A stretch of 64,000 bases of DNA from Vicugna vicugna (lineage: Eukaryota). Under the pieces are notes generated by a model. The model had not been told where the DNA came from. It did not search any database and saw only the letters and a program-made list of their open reading frames with translations. The DNA is taken from positions 1 to 64,000 of the forward strand of contig MU058451.1 of assembly GCA_013265495.1 (NCBI GenBank), read 5' to 3'. Shown piece by piece: positions 51,941 through 64,000 of the stretch. Each line of letters opens with the position of its first letter. Positions within the stretch are counted from its first letter, which is position 1. The translations under genes were made by a program, and so were the position numbers.

Positions 51941-54309
51941 GAAATACACATCTTTCTCCCAAATGAAAAGAAAAAAGGGGTCATCTTTCCCAGCAAATGA
52001 GGGAGAAGTACCAATTCCAGCAGTTTTGAAACTGGCTTCTGGGTATTTCCAGCAGAGGGTGCTCAGGAATCAATACAAAGGACAGCAATGTGCTCTACCT
52101 CTTAGGGAAAATCCAGAGAAGCCCATACTGGTTGCCCACCCAGCTGAGAAGTTTCTCTAGAGAAGGCACTTGGGGTAACATTCTGGGTGTAAGCCGGGAG
52201 GGATTACAAAGTGTTTACACAGAAGGGGGAGATGTAGGGGGGATCTGCCCCTAGAAATCCTTGGTGCTTCAGCCACCCTTAGAACAGTCACCAAAAATAA
52301 GTAAAATATCTCTAGCAATTAATAATTTTAACTTTTATTAATAACTTCCCCAGTATGTCCTATCTGTACTTTGGACATTCACTTTATAAGCCCATTTTCA
52401 GTGCCTTTTATGGGCAAGCAAGATGCCGCATGCTGTGGAGACTTGAAATGTGTGAATCCAGTCTCTGTCTGCAAAGAATCTATTTTAAAAGGGAAGATGA
52501 GACAAATAGACAGGTTACCACATTCTACCAGTCAGAATATGGCTAACTCCATCAGAGAAGCACAGTGGGTGGGTGACAGTAGAAAAGTTCATGGGGGGCT
52601 GAGGAGAAAAATGAGGAGACCATTTGCAGATGGGGGCTCACCAGACCACTGCTTGCTTACTGAGCATTATTCTGGGCAGTCTCTAGGTCTTTACAAAGGT
52701 CCTGCTACTGTGGACATCAAAATGCCCTCTGAGGCAAGAACTGATAAAAATCATTGCTGTTTGCCTTGGAGAACTTCCAGACTTGATACTAGACTTTGTG
52801 TATCTTTTATACTCATAATATTCAGACAAGGTATTACTATTATTCTCACTATACTTTTTTTATTCTTGTTTTTTATTGAAGTGTAATCGATATACAAGGT
52901 TAGTTTCAGGTGTCCAGCAAAGTGATTCAGTTATACATATACCTATAAATATTTTCAGTTTCTTTTCCATTTTGGCTCATTACAAAAAATTGAGTATAAT
53001 CCCCTAGGCTATACAGTAGGTCCAGCCTATCTATTTTATTATCCTCAGATGAAGACACTGAGTGCAGGGGTCACCCGTTAAATGTCCTCACGGCCAGGAT
53101 CTGAACCTGAGTCTGTTGAAGTCAAAAACCTGTGTTGTGGGTTCTCATCACTCCATTCTGCCTCTCTCAAGAGTAACACTCTCAGTAACTGCATTTTACT
53201 AAAAGACAATGTTTTGAAGGGAAAAGTACATAAGAGCCAAAGGAGAAAAGGTTTGGCAAACAGTGGGCCTTTGAGGAAGGAGGGAAAGATTTTTGTTCAG
53301 GTGGTTCTGACAACGTATCCCAGAGGCATACAGCCATCTCCATTACTCCTAGGTCTACCATTTCCCTCGGCAAAACCGCTAGTTAGCAGCCAACTTTGAA
53401 TGCTAACAACAGTCATTTTCAGATGACCTGAAGTGTCTACCTAGGACCTTTGTACCTGAAAGCCAAGTGGAAAATGCTGTGTGACTCTTTTCCACAAGTC
53501 CTGTAGGTGGCACCCGCGCACTGGCTTCAGCAGAAGGACCGCAGCGCTGACCTTCCAGGAATCCTAACAGGCATAGAGCACTCACCAGACTCCTTTCACT
53601 CAAAGTGAGAAAGAAGGAAGTAAATACAGCCTTGCTCTCTAACCTCACCTAAAAATTCTCCCACCTGAAGAGGATAGAACAGAGAAGTGCCAGCCTCCAG
53701 ATACCTCTAAGCCTGACCGGCCATGTGACCCGGAGCAGACACCCAACCTATAAGAAAACGAGAAGGGTGTTCTAGACAGCCTCTAACATCCCTTCTAACT
53801 CATACAGTTTATTTTGTTACTCCTCCAACCCCACCCAAAGAATCCTGAATAGTCCCTAAGGGGAAAAAAAGGGAATTTTTAAAATCAAACTTTAAAAGGA
53901 CAATGAGGGTGATCTAGCTCAAAAAGTCATTCATTCTTGGAAACCCTCTGCCACAATTCCCCCAAAAGGTTACCACCATCCAGGACTCATCAGTTCACTA
54001 ACTCACAGGACAGCCGGTATGACCACTGGGAAGTTCCTATCGCTGAGTTCCCACGCTGGCCCTAATCCTACGTTCTCGGGTCAGTCTAACCCCATGGGCA
54101 GCCCTCCCTCTGTCAAGAGACAGTGACCATGCCCCCTACTTCCCACACATGCACGCACGCACACACGCACACGCACACCCCCAGCCTGTCTGTATCCCTT
54201 TTAATCCTGGTATCTAGAAGTCAATGAAACGCTCTAAGTCTAACCGAAGTGGATTCGAACAAAACTGTCAAGTTCCTTCTTCCAAACACTGCACCTTTAT
54301 TATTTCACA

Positions 54310-55385
54310 GTATTAGTAGCCACATTGCACTAGAGACGCCTAAACAACTCCGGTCAACATGGCCCAATACAGCGGCCACCCAGCCACCTGTGGTCACTGA
54401 GCCCTTGACATATGGCCCATGAGACTGAGGAGCCAGATTATTTTAATTTATGTAATTTTAAATTAATTTAAACTGAAAAACAGATACTCAGTTTAGTTAG
54501 TAGAAAGCTTTTAAATGTTTGAAACAAACTGGATGTGTGAATCTACTTCTTCAACTGTAAATCTTATGAAATCTAAATATGATTAAGTACTTACAGTGAA
54601 GGATAAAGAAGCTGCTGTGTGTGTGTGTGCGTGTGTGTGCATAAAATGGAATACTACTCAGCCATAAAAATGCCATTTGCAGCAACATGGATGGACCTAG
54701 AGATTGTCATACCAAGTAAAGTAAGCCAGAAAGAGAAAGAAAAGTATCATGTGGTATCACTTCTATGTGAAATCTTAAAGAAAAAAAAAGGGGAGGGGAC
54801 ACAAATGAACTTATTTACAAAACAGAGACTGACTCACAGACATAGAGAACAAACTTATGGTTACCAGGAGGGGAAGAGGGTAGGGAGACATAAATTGGGA
54901 GTTCAGGATTTGCAGATACTAACTACTATATATAAAATAGATAAACAACAAGGTCCTATATTCAATACCTTATCATAGCCTACAATGAAAAAGATACGAA
55001 AAGGAATGTGTGTGTGTGTGTGTGTGTGTGTGTATTATAAATGAATCACTATACTGTACACCAGAAATTAACACAACAGTGTAAATTGACTATATTTCCA
55101 TTTTTAAAAAAAAGTATTTCCAGTGAAAATTTAGCTTCTGGATTGCAATGTGCTCTAAATGTAAAATGCACACAGGATTTCAAAGACTTTATATACGAAT
55201 GTAAATATCTTCACAATTTTATGTTACTTTTACTTATCAAAATGATGATTTTTGGATAAATTGGGTTCAATAAAATATATTATAAAAATGAATTTTATCT
55301 GTTTCCTTTTACTTTTATTAATAGACCTACTAGAAAATGTAAAGTTACATATGTGGCTTATAATTGTTCTATTAGACCATACTCC
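54310..55385. mobile_element. hAT-Charlie (MER3/MER33-like) element interrupted by an L1 3' insertion
   Basis: ccaatacagcggccac...gtggtcactgagc on the left; atatgtggctta...ctattagac on the right. Confidence 0.55.
54601..55111 (+). mobile_element. 5'-truncated LINE-1 insertion with 16-bp TSD
   Basis: L1 3' motifs and A tail; TSD aagtacttacagtgaa / aagtatttccagtgaa. Confidence 0.8.
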
Positions 55386-55449
55386 TCCAAATTATTCAGA
55401 GTAGCTCCAAATAGCTGCCTGTGCAAATTTGTCCAGTTGGGTTTTCAGA

Positions 55450-57010
55450 TTCCAATATCAAACCTTCTATTAATCCTTTTTACATTTCTATTTCTAACAT
55501 CTGATTTATTATTCTAGCCAGGCAATATGGTCTTTAGGAGTTTTGATCCCATATATTTGTAGTCCCCTTCAACTTCACGCTTCCCACCAATTTGATAAGT
55601 AAACTTAATTTATAGTCATCCAAGTCTTCAGTTAAAATATTGACAAAGTCAAGGCTGAAGGCATTATAAGAAATCACTACTCATGTTAAAAAACAACACA
55701 TTAACTAAGCATTACCTTGGATGTGCTTTTTTTTTTTTTAGCTAAATAATAACTCCCTTAATGTAATAGGATAAAGACAGTACTTTTCAATCTTCCATGG
55801 ATGCCTCATCTTCCTATCTCCTGCCAAAGAGCTGCTGGACAGAAAGCTCAGGGCAATCAGCGAGGTCAGGGTCAGGGTAGGCCTGGGGCTGGGGGCGAGG
55901 CATCTAAGGAGACTAACCCCCGCAGTACAGAGGCTGAGATAATTGAGGCAGCAGCTCCAGAGCACAGGCGGTACCAAACCAGGCAAGAGGCGCAGGCTCT
56001 CCGGGGCCTGAGCGATGGAGTTAAGACTGTTCAATGAGCTTGCTTTCCAGGTGGAGGTTCAGGACGAGCCAGCCTTTCCCTCTCGCTCTCATTCCCCATT
56101 GTCTCCCTTACTTGGGGTCAGGGACTTTTAGAGGACTCTTAAGACATCCTTTCAAACTTCTGGTCTGTTCTACATCCCTACAAAATTGGCATTTTAAACC
56201 GTCCGGTCGCTGCTAAAACATCTCCGCCAGCAGGGTCCTCGGCGCTCTTTCATTAGGAAACATTCCATTTGCAAAACACTTGAATTGTCAAGGAATCCTT
56301 CCTTAAATTAAGTGACAGTCTGACTCTTTACAACTTCAACCCACAGGTCTTACTTCTGCCTTCTGAATAAACCCAGTGCTTCTCCAACACGGCGGGTATA
56401 GTTATATCTGTATGAAGGCAGTTAAGTGACCCTTAGTTCTTTTCATTTCCAGACAACTGTATCCCTAGTACTTCAGTCATTCTTCTTTGACGTGGTTTCG
56501 AATCACTTTACCATCCCAGGTACCCTCCTCCAACACACTAGCGCGCTCATCAACATCCCTCATAAAGAGCACAGTACCCAGCACTGAGCACAGCAGCCCT
56601 ATGGGGTATCACCTCCCTCCCTCCCTCCTGACGCCATTTCCTCTAACACAGACTAATGATTAGAGACACTCACGTTCTACGACTGACACATCCTGAACTT
56701 GCAATGCACTCAAATGCACAGATGATTTTATGCGATGCTATCCACTGCACATGTGCCCTCATGCATCTAATGGTAATCACGTGGGACATGGTTCCATGGA
56801 ATTGAGGAGTGCCCTCAGGTTGCTGCCCAACACAATCTCTGGTCAGCCACTGAGAGTTGACACACCGGTGTGGCCTATTTGACACCCAAAGGCCAAGTTA
56901 AATCTCCCCCACCCTGTACCTCTGCAGCTGATTTTTATCTGACAAATCAAAGGCCTTTACATTTACCCTTCAACGAATTTATTGATATTAGATTTGGCTC
57001 ATCAAGTCCA
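55450..57010 (-). mobile_element. Ancient CR1/L3-like LINE remnants
   Basis: Patches such as caacatccctcataaagagcacagtacccagcactgagcacag resemble antisense L3. Confidence 0.4.
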
Positions 57011-60000
57011 GTTTCATCATCTGCATAACATAGTGTTTAGCAGAACATTGATGACTCCATCCAAATATTCCCCTTTGTCCTATTTTTCATTTAGTATTGC
57101 TCCCTAATGGTTACTGGAAATTATCTACTTTATTATCCAATGTATTTATTGAATGGACTTTTATGTTGTCACCTTTAAAAAAGTAGTATTTCCATTTCAT
57201 ATAAAATCAGCTGCTTTGTAAAATTCATGTGGCACTGCTTTTTATGTCCATTTCAATTATAAGTTTTTATTGAGAATCTATGGGCTACAAGCGGCAGTCA
57301 TCAATATGTTCCAGAAAACAGGCAGGCTTCACTCTTAAACTAGCCTGAGCCTTAATTCATCACAATAATTTCTTCCCAGGAGCAGAAGGCTCCGTGATCC
57401 TCAACTAACACTTTCCTGAGTTATTGTCATTGTCATAGAAGCCCTTAGGGCCAGGGCAGAAGACCCGAATCCTTTATGAGCAAAACTAAAGCATAAGCTT
57501 TAGTTTTCCCCAGGGACCCTGCAGCTGGAAGAGTATGCAGATGGAATGTTCTGGTTTTGAACTTTTGTACTACGTGCAACAAACACACTCAGCAGAGGCA
57601 GATTAGGAATCATAACCAGAATCTTCTGGTTCCCACAAAACTGGCAATTGAGGCTCAATGTCCAGTAATCGAAGGTTCTTAGGAACAAACCAGATCTCCA
57701 GGGGAGCTGTATCTCAGATCCCTGGCAAGGAGCAAGCCTTGGGTCCCTGCAGCAGTACTGCAGTCAAATGATGTCCTTGTGGCTAAGGGTGCAGATTTTT
57801 ACACACCTATCTTCACCCCAATTACAGAACTCTGTATCCACTTGTCAGAACATGTTAAGCAGGTGTTGAATCATTGACCAGCCTTGCTCACCCACAGGCC
57901 TGTAAACCAGATATTCTAGGATAATGAATATGATTCACATAACTCCTTCCCCTCTCCCTGTCCTTTAGCCAGCCACTGTATTATCACGGACGTGCTCCTC
58001 TGCTAGGCAGTCTATGTTCTGATTGAACTTACCCAAAGACTACAGTGTGATGAAGTGGTTTAAGCACAGAAGCTGCAGAGAGAGATCCATTTTTCAATCC
58101 AACTAGCAGGTTAATGATTGTATGCCACTTTGGAAAATCATCACCTCTTTCTGGAAATGAAAACTAAGTCCACATCACATGCATGTTGCTCTGTGTTGGG
58201 TAAGACTCTCTAACGTTTAGGGGGAGAGGTCAAGGCCTCCCTCCCACCCTGCACTCCCACCTCTCCAAAGGAGCTCTGATAAAGGACGAAACAGCGTCCC
58301 CAGGGTGCGTGATCTAGAAACATTACTGGAACTTTTTGTGGGAGGAAAAACGGAGCTCAAAAGGCCTGGCATCCACCACCAAGCACAGGTTAAGAGGGAC
58401 GCAGGGCCCTGTCCAGCTTGTGGGGTCCAGCAGGCCCCGGGTTAGGGCCCGGGTACAAGAAGCAAGCCCAGAGCAGGGAGACTCCAGCTGCCTCTTTCCT
58501 TCATCTTAGGACGGGAGGAAGAAAGAAATTCGGAGGTTCCCCTACTATCCTCCTCAGCTTATTAACAGGAGAGACCTGATAGGGATTTGGGGCAAACTTG
58601 TAGGAGGAATATATATGTATTTGCCTGCATGGGCCTCTTCCCCTGGAACCAAGAATCTGAGTAGGAGCTGGGAAGGGACTTGGACTGTCAGCCTGGGAAA
58701 ACCCGTCTCCCCAAATGCAGGGCATTCTGGAAGCAGAATCCCGGAGTCAGGTGAGCTGGGTTTCCATCTTGGCTCAACCTCGGACCAACTGTGTGACCTT
58801 GGAGCTGCAGTTCCTCCCCTGTGAGACGAGGATAAGAATGGCACCCACCTCGGAGGGCTAAGAATGGAAAGTGTTGAAGCACAGAACGAGATTACAGGGA
58901 GTGAGTGCAGAATAAGAGCTCCATAAACATCAGCCATTGTGATTATAACCAGGCTTTTCAAGCCGAGTTAGAACACACTGATCTGGCAGAATCAGGGCCC
59001 TTAATTCATATTATAAATACCCACATGGGGCCTCAGATAGGTCAGCAGTAGATAAAAACTCCCCAGGGCAGCCCCCAGAGAGACTGTCTCATAAAGGAGG
59101 GAGCTTCTGGGGAAAGTCTGATTATTATTAGTCACATCAGTTTCTACCTCCATCTCCAACTGCAGCAGCAACAGCTCAGAACCTGAAAGGAGTAAATACT
59201 AGGTGGTGGCGAGAAAAAGTGGTAGATTTGTACGAAATCCCTGAGCTCCTGATGTCTTTGTTGTAGTGCAGGGGGAGAGCCGACAAATCAATAAACCAAC
59301 ACAAATTGGATACACTGGGGTAAGTATCACGAAGAAACACAAAGCAAGGTAAGGGGATAGAGGGTGCTGGGGTGGGACCTTGGATGTCATGGGCTAGAAG
59401 GTCTTCTCAGAGGAGATGGCATCTGAGCAGAGAACTGACTGAAGGGAGGAGACAACTGGACAATTGGAAGAGCAGCATGTGCAAAGGTCCTGAGGCGCAG
59501 CCTTGGTATTCAGTGCATAGGGAGGCTTGTGGGCAGGAGGCAGGCAGTTGGGGGGTTGAGTAAATAGGCAACTCACCACCACACACCTCCACTGTGTGCT
59601 CCTTCTTCTTTTTTCATAGTGCTCATCAGCTTCTAAGAAGCTATATATTACTTACATAGCATATTTATTTTTCACTATCTCCCCTGGCCAGAACGCAAGC
59701 CCCCACAGCACAGGGATCTCATCTGTTTGCTTCATGGATCCAACTCAAGCATCCATCTACAACTGGCCCTTTGCATGGTGCATGGAACCCATGGTAAGTA
59801 CTGGGTGGATGAAGGAATGACACGTTGGCCAAGAAAAAGATGGGGTTTGTTCTAAGGGCAATGGGACTTTGGGGCGATTTTAAATAGGAAAATTACATGA
59901 TCAAACTTATGTTTTTGATTGCTTTAGCTACTGTGAGAAAAAAAGATGGATGGACGGATGGATAATTGGATGAAGCCCAGAGTCTATAACTCCTGCTTTT

Positions 60001-60366
60001 GCAGGGGAAGATTTTTCAGGTGCAGCTCAAGTAGGAAGCTGCTCTGCTCATTTTAGAGTTGAACGTTTTCCTCACTACCTGCACTCCTACCCTGTGGCTC
60101 GGAGGGACCCTCAGAGACAAGAGAGCTGTGGGACAGTGCGGTGGGGAGACCCTACCAGGAACGGGCAGGGGGCTTCCAAAAGCTGGCAAACCTCAACTCT
60201 TCAGAACACCGAGCAAGCAAAGAGAGACTGTTTCCATAGCTGGGGTCAGAGCAGATCATGGGAAGACAGAGAGGGAGCCAGTAAAGGACCCCAGCAGCCA
60301 AGGGGAAGGAGGCTCAACCAGCAGAGACATGGTAGTGAGGATCCCACCAGCTTCCTCTGCAGAATT

Positions 60367-60690
60367 GGAGGTTAATGCCAGCTCCCTGATGCAAGGTCTT
60401 TGTGGTAGAGAGACTTCTGTTTAAGCACATGGTTTCAGAAATCAGAGGTCTCACTCAATCATGTGGTCCAGCCATTCTCAGTTAAACTTTTTGATGTTAT
60501 TCTGAGGTCCTGAATTAAAGAACCTCTTACGGAGGTTAATGCCAGCTCCCTGATGCAAGGTCTTTGTGATAGAGAGACTTGTTTAAGCTCATGGTTTCAG
60601 AAATCAGAGGTCTCACTCAATCATGTGATCCAGCCATTCTCAGTTAAACTTTTTGATGTTATTCTGAGGTCCTGAATTAAAGAACCTCTT
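60367..60690 (+). repeat. Direct tandem duplication, ~164-bp unit x2
   Basis: ggaggttaatgccagctccc...aaagaacctctt at 60367 and 60531. Confidence 0.95.
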
Positions 60691-62049
60691 TGGGTATTGA
60701 TAAAATTAACGGTTCTAATGGGGTGAAAATGTCTATCAAATCTGATGTCCAGAGTATAGCACCTTCTACAGAATGGTGTCCTAATACCATCTGGGGTTAT
60801 AATGTGCTCCACACACTTTCCTTCCTAGGTCAAATTACTTTTTATTAAACAATTTACTGACTTACAGTGTGTGTGATAAAGCAAGAATTCTGTGTATATT
60901 CCATGAGGCCAGATTCACTTTTTTTCATTTAATTTTTAACTGCACAGAATGACTGTTTCACCTCCTTCCAGAACAACATTTGCTCTAATCAGATGAGGAA
61001 TCAGTCTGCAGAAAGACGAGGCATAAATGTTCCCATATACAGAAAAGAACTGGTGAGGTTTTTCCTCTTCAAAATGCACCTGCAGTCTTTCTTTACCTCT
61101 CTGCCTCTGGTTTCCTCTAGTGGCTCCTATAATCCTATGCAAGTGATATTTTACATTTCCTAAAACCTTTTAAAAGCTTGAAGTTTTGTAAATTAGACAA
61201 TATCGTCTTTCTCCTTTGGAAGAAGAAATTGCAGTCTTGTCTTTTAAATAAATCATTTTATGGGCCATTAATTGAATAATGTTTCTCAGCAGAGGCTGAA
61301 GGGTCATTTACCATTTTCAACTTGACAACTACCTGTGATCACAAGAGAGCCATACAGAGAGAGGTGACACCGAGCTTTTATGCAGAGCACAGATCTGGCT
61401 GGAATCAGAAAGCTGCACATTTTATCTCTTATTTTGTACTTACACATGAGGTGAGTAAGATGACTTTCAATTTCTTCACTATCTGAATCTTTGTTTTAAT
61501 CGGAAATTTTGATTATCAGAAAGTCTTCTGGCTTTGGTTTTAGAAAACCAGATGGTATGTTTTGCTCTTTGAGATTCAAGAAGTCACCAGATGAAAAGCC
61601 AAAGATCTCATCCCAGATACCCACCCTTTGTGCCATAGACTGTCACCATTATTTTAATCAGAGGTACCAGAAGCACTGGATTGCTTGGACAGCCAGGATC
61701 AGAGAAGAACTCGGGTCTGTGAGAAAACAGCTCTGTAGTGATTAGGTCACCAGAATCAGAGGAGTGGTAGTGACTCTCCTTTGTAAAGATGTCAAACAGA
61801 AAAAAAAAAGAAAGAAAGAAAGAAAAAGGAGTTTCAATCAAAATGCTGAGTCCTTGCAATAAATACAGCTCCACATCAAATCACCTTCCAGTACCCCTTC
61901 CCTTACCGTCCCCCCATCTCCCCCCACATTTACCTCTAATAGTCTGACAAGACCCTGCTTCACTGCCTCAAAGGAGTCACTGAGGGCAGAGAGACTCCAC
62001 CACCACTGACATGGTCAGTTTCTTCCATCACAGGGGAATCAGCATAGCC

Positions 62050-62685
62050 TTTTTTTTTAATCATGGTAAAATACACACAACATAAAACTTTCCAAGTTAA
62101 CCATCTTTAAGTGTTCATTTCAGTGGCTCTAAGTGCATTCAGGTTGTACAACCATCACCACCGTGCATCTCCAGAACTCTGCCATCTTCCCAAATTCAAA
62201 CTCTGTACCTGTTAACACTAGCTCCCCTTTCTGCCTTCCCCCAGCCGCTGACGGCCAACATTCTACTCACGTCTCTAAGAATCTGTCTACTGCAGGAAGA
62301 GAGGTAGCACAGTACTTTTCCTTGCGTGACTGACTGGCTTGCACTGCTTAGCAAGGTTGTTCCCAGGGTTCATCTATGTTGTAGCTCGTGTCAGGACTGC
62401 CTTCCTTCTCAAGGTGAATAATATTCCATTGTAGGTATAGACTGCATTTTGTTTACTCACTCATTCGTCCATGGACACTTGGGTTGTTTCTGCCTTCTGC
62501 TATTGTGAATAAGGTGCGATGAACATGGGTTTACAAAAATCTGTCTGAGTCCCTATTTTCACTTTTGGATGTACACCCAGAAGTGGAATTACTGGATCAT
62601 ACAGTAATTCTATGTTTAACTTTTTGAGGAGCCACCACACTGTTTTCCACAGCGACTGTACCATTTTACATTCCCACCAGCAATA
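62050..62685 (-). mobile_element. Old L1M 3' fragment
   Basis: ORF 62500-62712 [35 protein letters not shown]. Confidence 0.82.
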
Positions 62686-63394
62686 ACATCCTCTTGACGC
62701 CTTTGCGTCCATGTATCACCAACATCTTTGGCTCAAAATATCGCCATTTTGCAGTTCCACTGTGTTTCCTGTCATGTTAGAGTTCAGGGACACAGAGATA
62801 AGCAACAGCCCTGTAGATGATAGACCTCTGTGAAATAAAAAAAAACGAGAGGGTGATCAGCCATCAGCACATTGCTGGCTTGGGTGAAGAGACACCTAGA
62901 TCTCCTGTTACAGAAGCTCAGAAGAAGGAAGAGGAGCCATTTAGGTTGCCACAGAAAGCCTGCGGGACATACATTTCCTCCACCTGACTTCATCTCCTTC
63001 GAGATGTCGGCAAGGGCGCTGATACGAAGCCCTGACCGGAGCTCCCCAGAACAAAGCCGGAGGAGTGGGGAGCCTTCCTGGAAGAGGGGATGAGACAATG
63101 CAGGACCTGAACTAGCCAAGACTCTTCCCTTCCCACCAAGGAGGCGAGCTCTTCTCACCCGAGCCTGGGCGGGGTCCTGGGGAAAGTTCCTATCTCTGAG
63201 CAAAGAATGAGGATTAAAGGTGGTTCTTTAAGATTCGATACCCAGGGCAAAAGCCCCAGCCAGATTTTAAGAATTTACACTAGCTTCAACTGATCTATGT
63301 TTTCTCTTAGGAATTTTAGACCCAGGGGTAGAGACTGAGGATAAAACCCATTAGAACAGGGAGAGGCTTGGGGCCTGAGAAGGGTTTGTGTCCT

Positions 63395-63755
63395 CCAAAA
63401 AGACACTGCAAAGTACTAACCTTCCCTTCCGTATGAACCCTATTTGGAAATAGTCTTTGCAGATGTAATTAAATGAAGATGAGGTCATTAGAGTGGGCTC
63501 TAATCCAGCAGGAGGGGAGACCGTCATGTGAAGACAGACGCAGAGATGGAAGATACACCACAGGATGCCTGGGACCACCAGAAGTAGGAAGAGACAAGGA
63601 AGTGCCCTCCCCTAGAGGTTTCAGAGAGAGCATGTCCCCCCTAATATCTCAATTTCAGACCTGTAGCCTCCAGAACTGTGAGAGGATAAATTTCTGTTGT
63701 TTTAAGCCATCCAGATTGTGGGCTTTGGTTCTAGCAGCCCTAGAAAACTAACACA
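63395..63755 (+). mobile_element. MaLR (MLT1-like) LTR
   Basis: ccagaactgtgagaggataaatttctgttgttttaagcca...gcagccctagaaaactaacaca. Confidence 0.78.
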
Positions 63756-64000
63756 GAGCCCAACGCCTAGAAACCACCCCCTGCAGAACATGTTCGCATC
63801 ACTGCTGTTTCCATATTGATTATGAGAGTTGCTGCATTCGGAGGGTTTTTTTGAGGAAATGACCTCCTGTCATAATTTCAGATTACCCGAAGTGTTTGTG
63901 GATTTTAAAATCATAATCTTAGTTAATGAAATTGTCTCTGGCTGGAAGACTGCCTTTTTGGTACACAGACATTTCTAATCCCTACAGTTTCATAGGAAAA

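Overview
This is mammalian nuclear DNA, most likely from a camelid (camelid-like mitochondrial control-region fragment and vic-1-like tRNA-Ala-derived SINEs). I found no intact protein-coding gene. The left half (1-30.4 kb) is a rearranged, GC-rich mosaic of segmental duplication and satellite. It holds two out-of-order clusters of PREX1-derived pseudo-exons, degenerate telomere-like (CCCTAA-variant) arrays, four copies of a CpG-rich unit, a duplicated CpG-rich L1 fragment and a ~170-bp satellite with CTCF-like cores. It also holds a ~12-kb NUMT (ND1 3' end to the start of the control region, 9772-21824) inserted into one telomere-like array. The NUMT carries frameshifts, stops, CpG decay and an internal 188-bp tandem duplication. 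The right half (30.4-64 kb) is ordinary AT-richer, repeat-rich DNA with an HMGA1 processed pseudogene, LTRs, L1/CR1 fragments, DNA transposons and SINEs. Gene and repeat identities come from my recall of the families, not from database searches. The main novelty is genome architecture, not a new enzymatic system.
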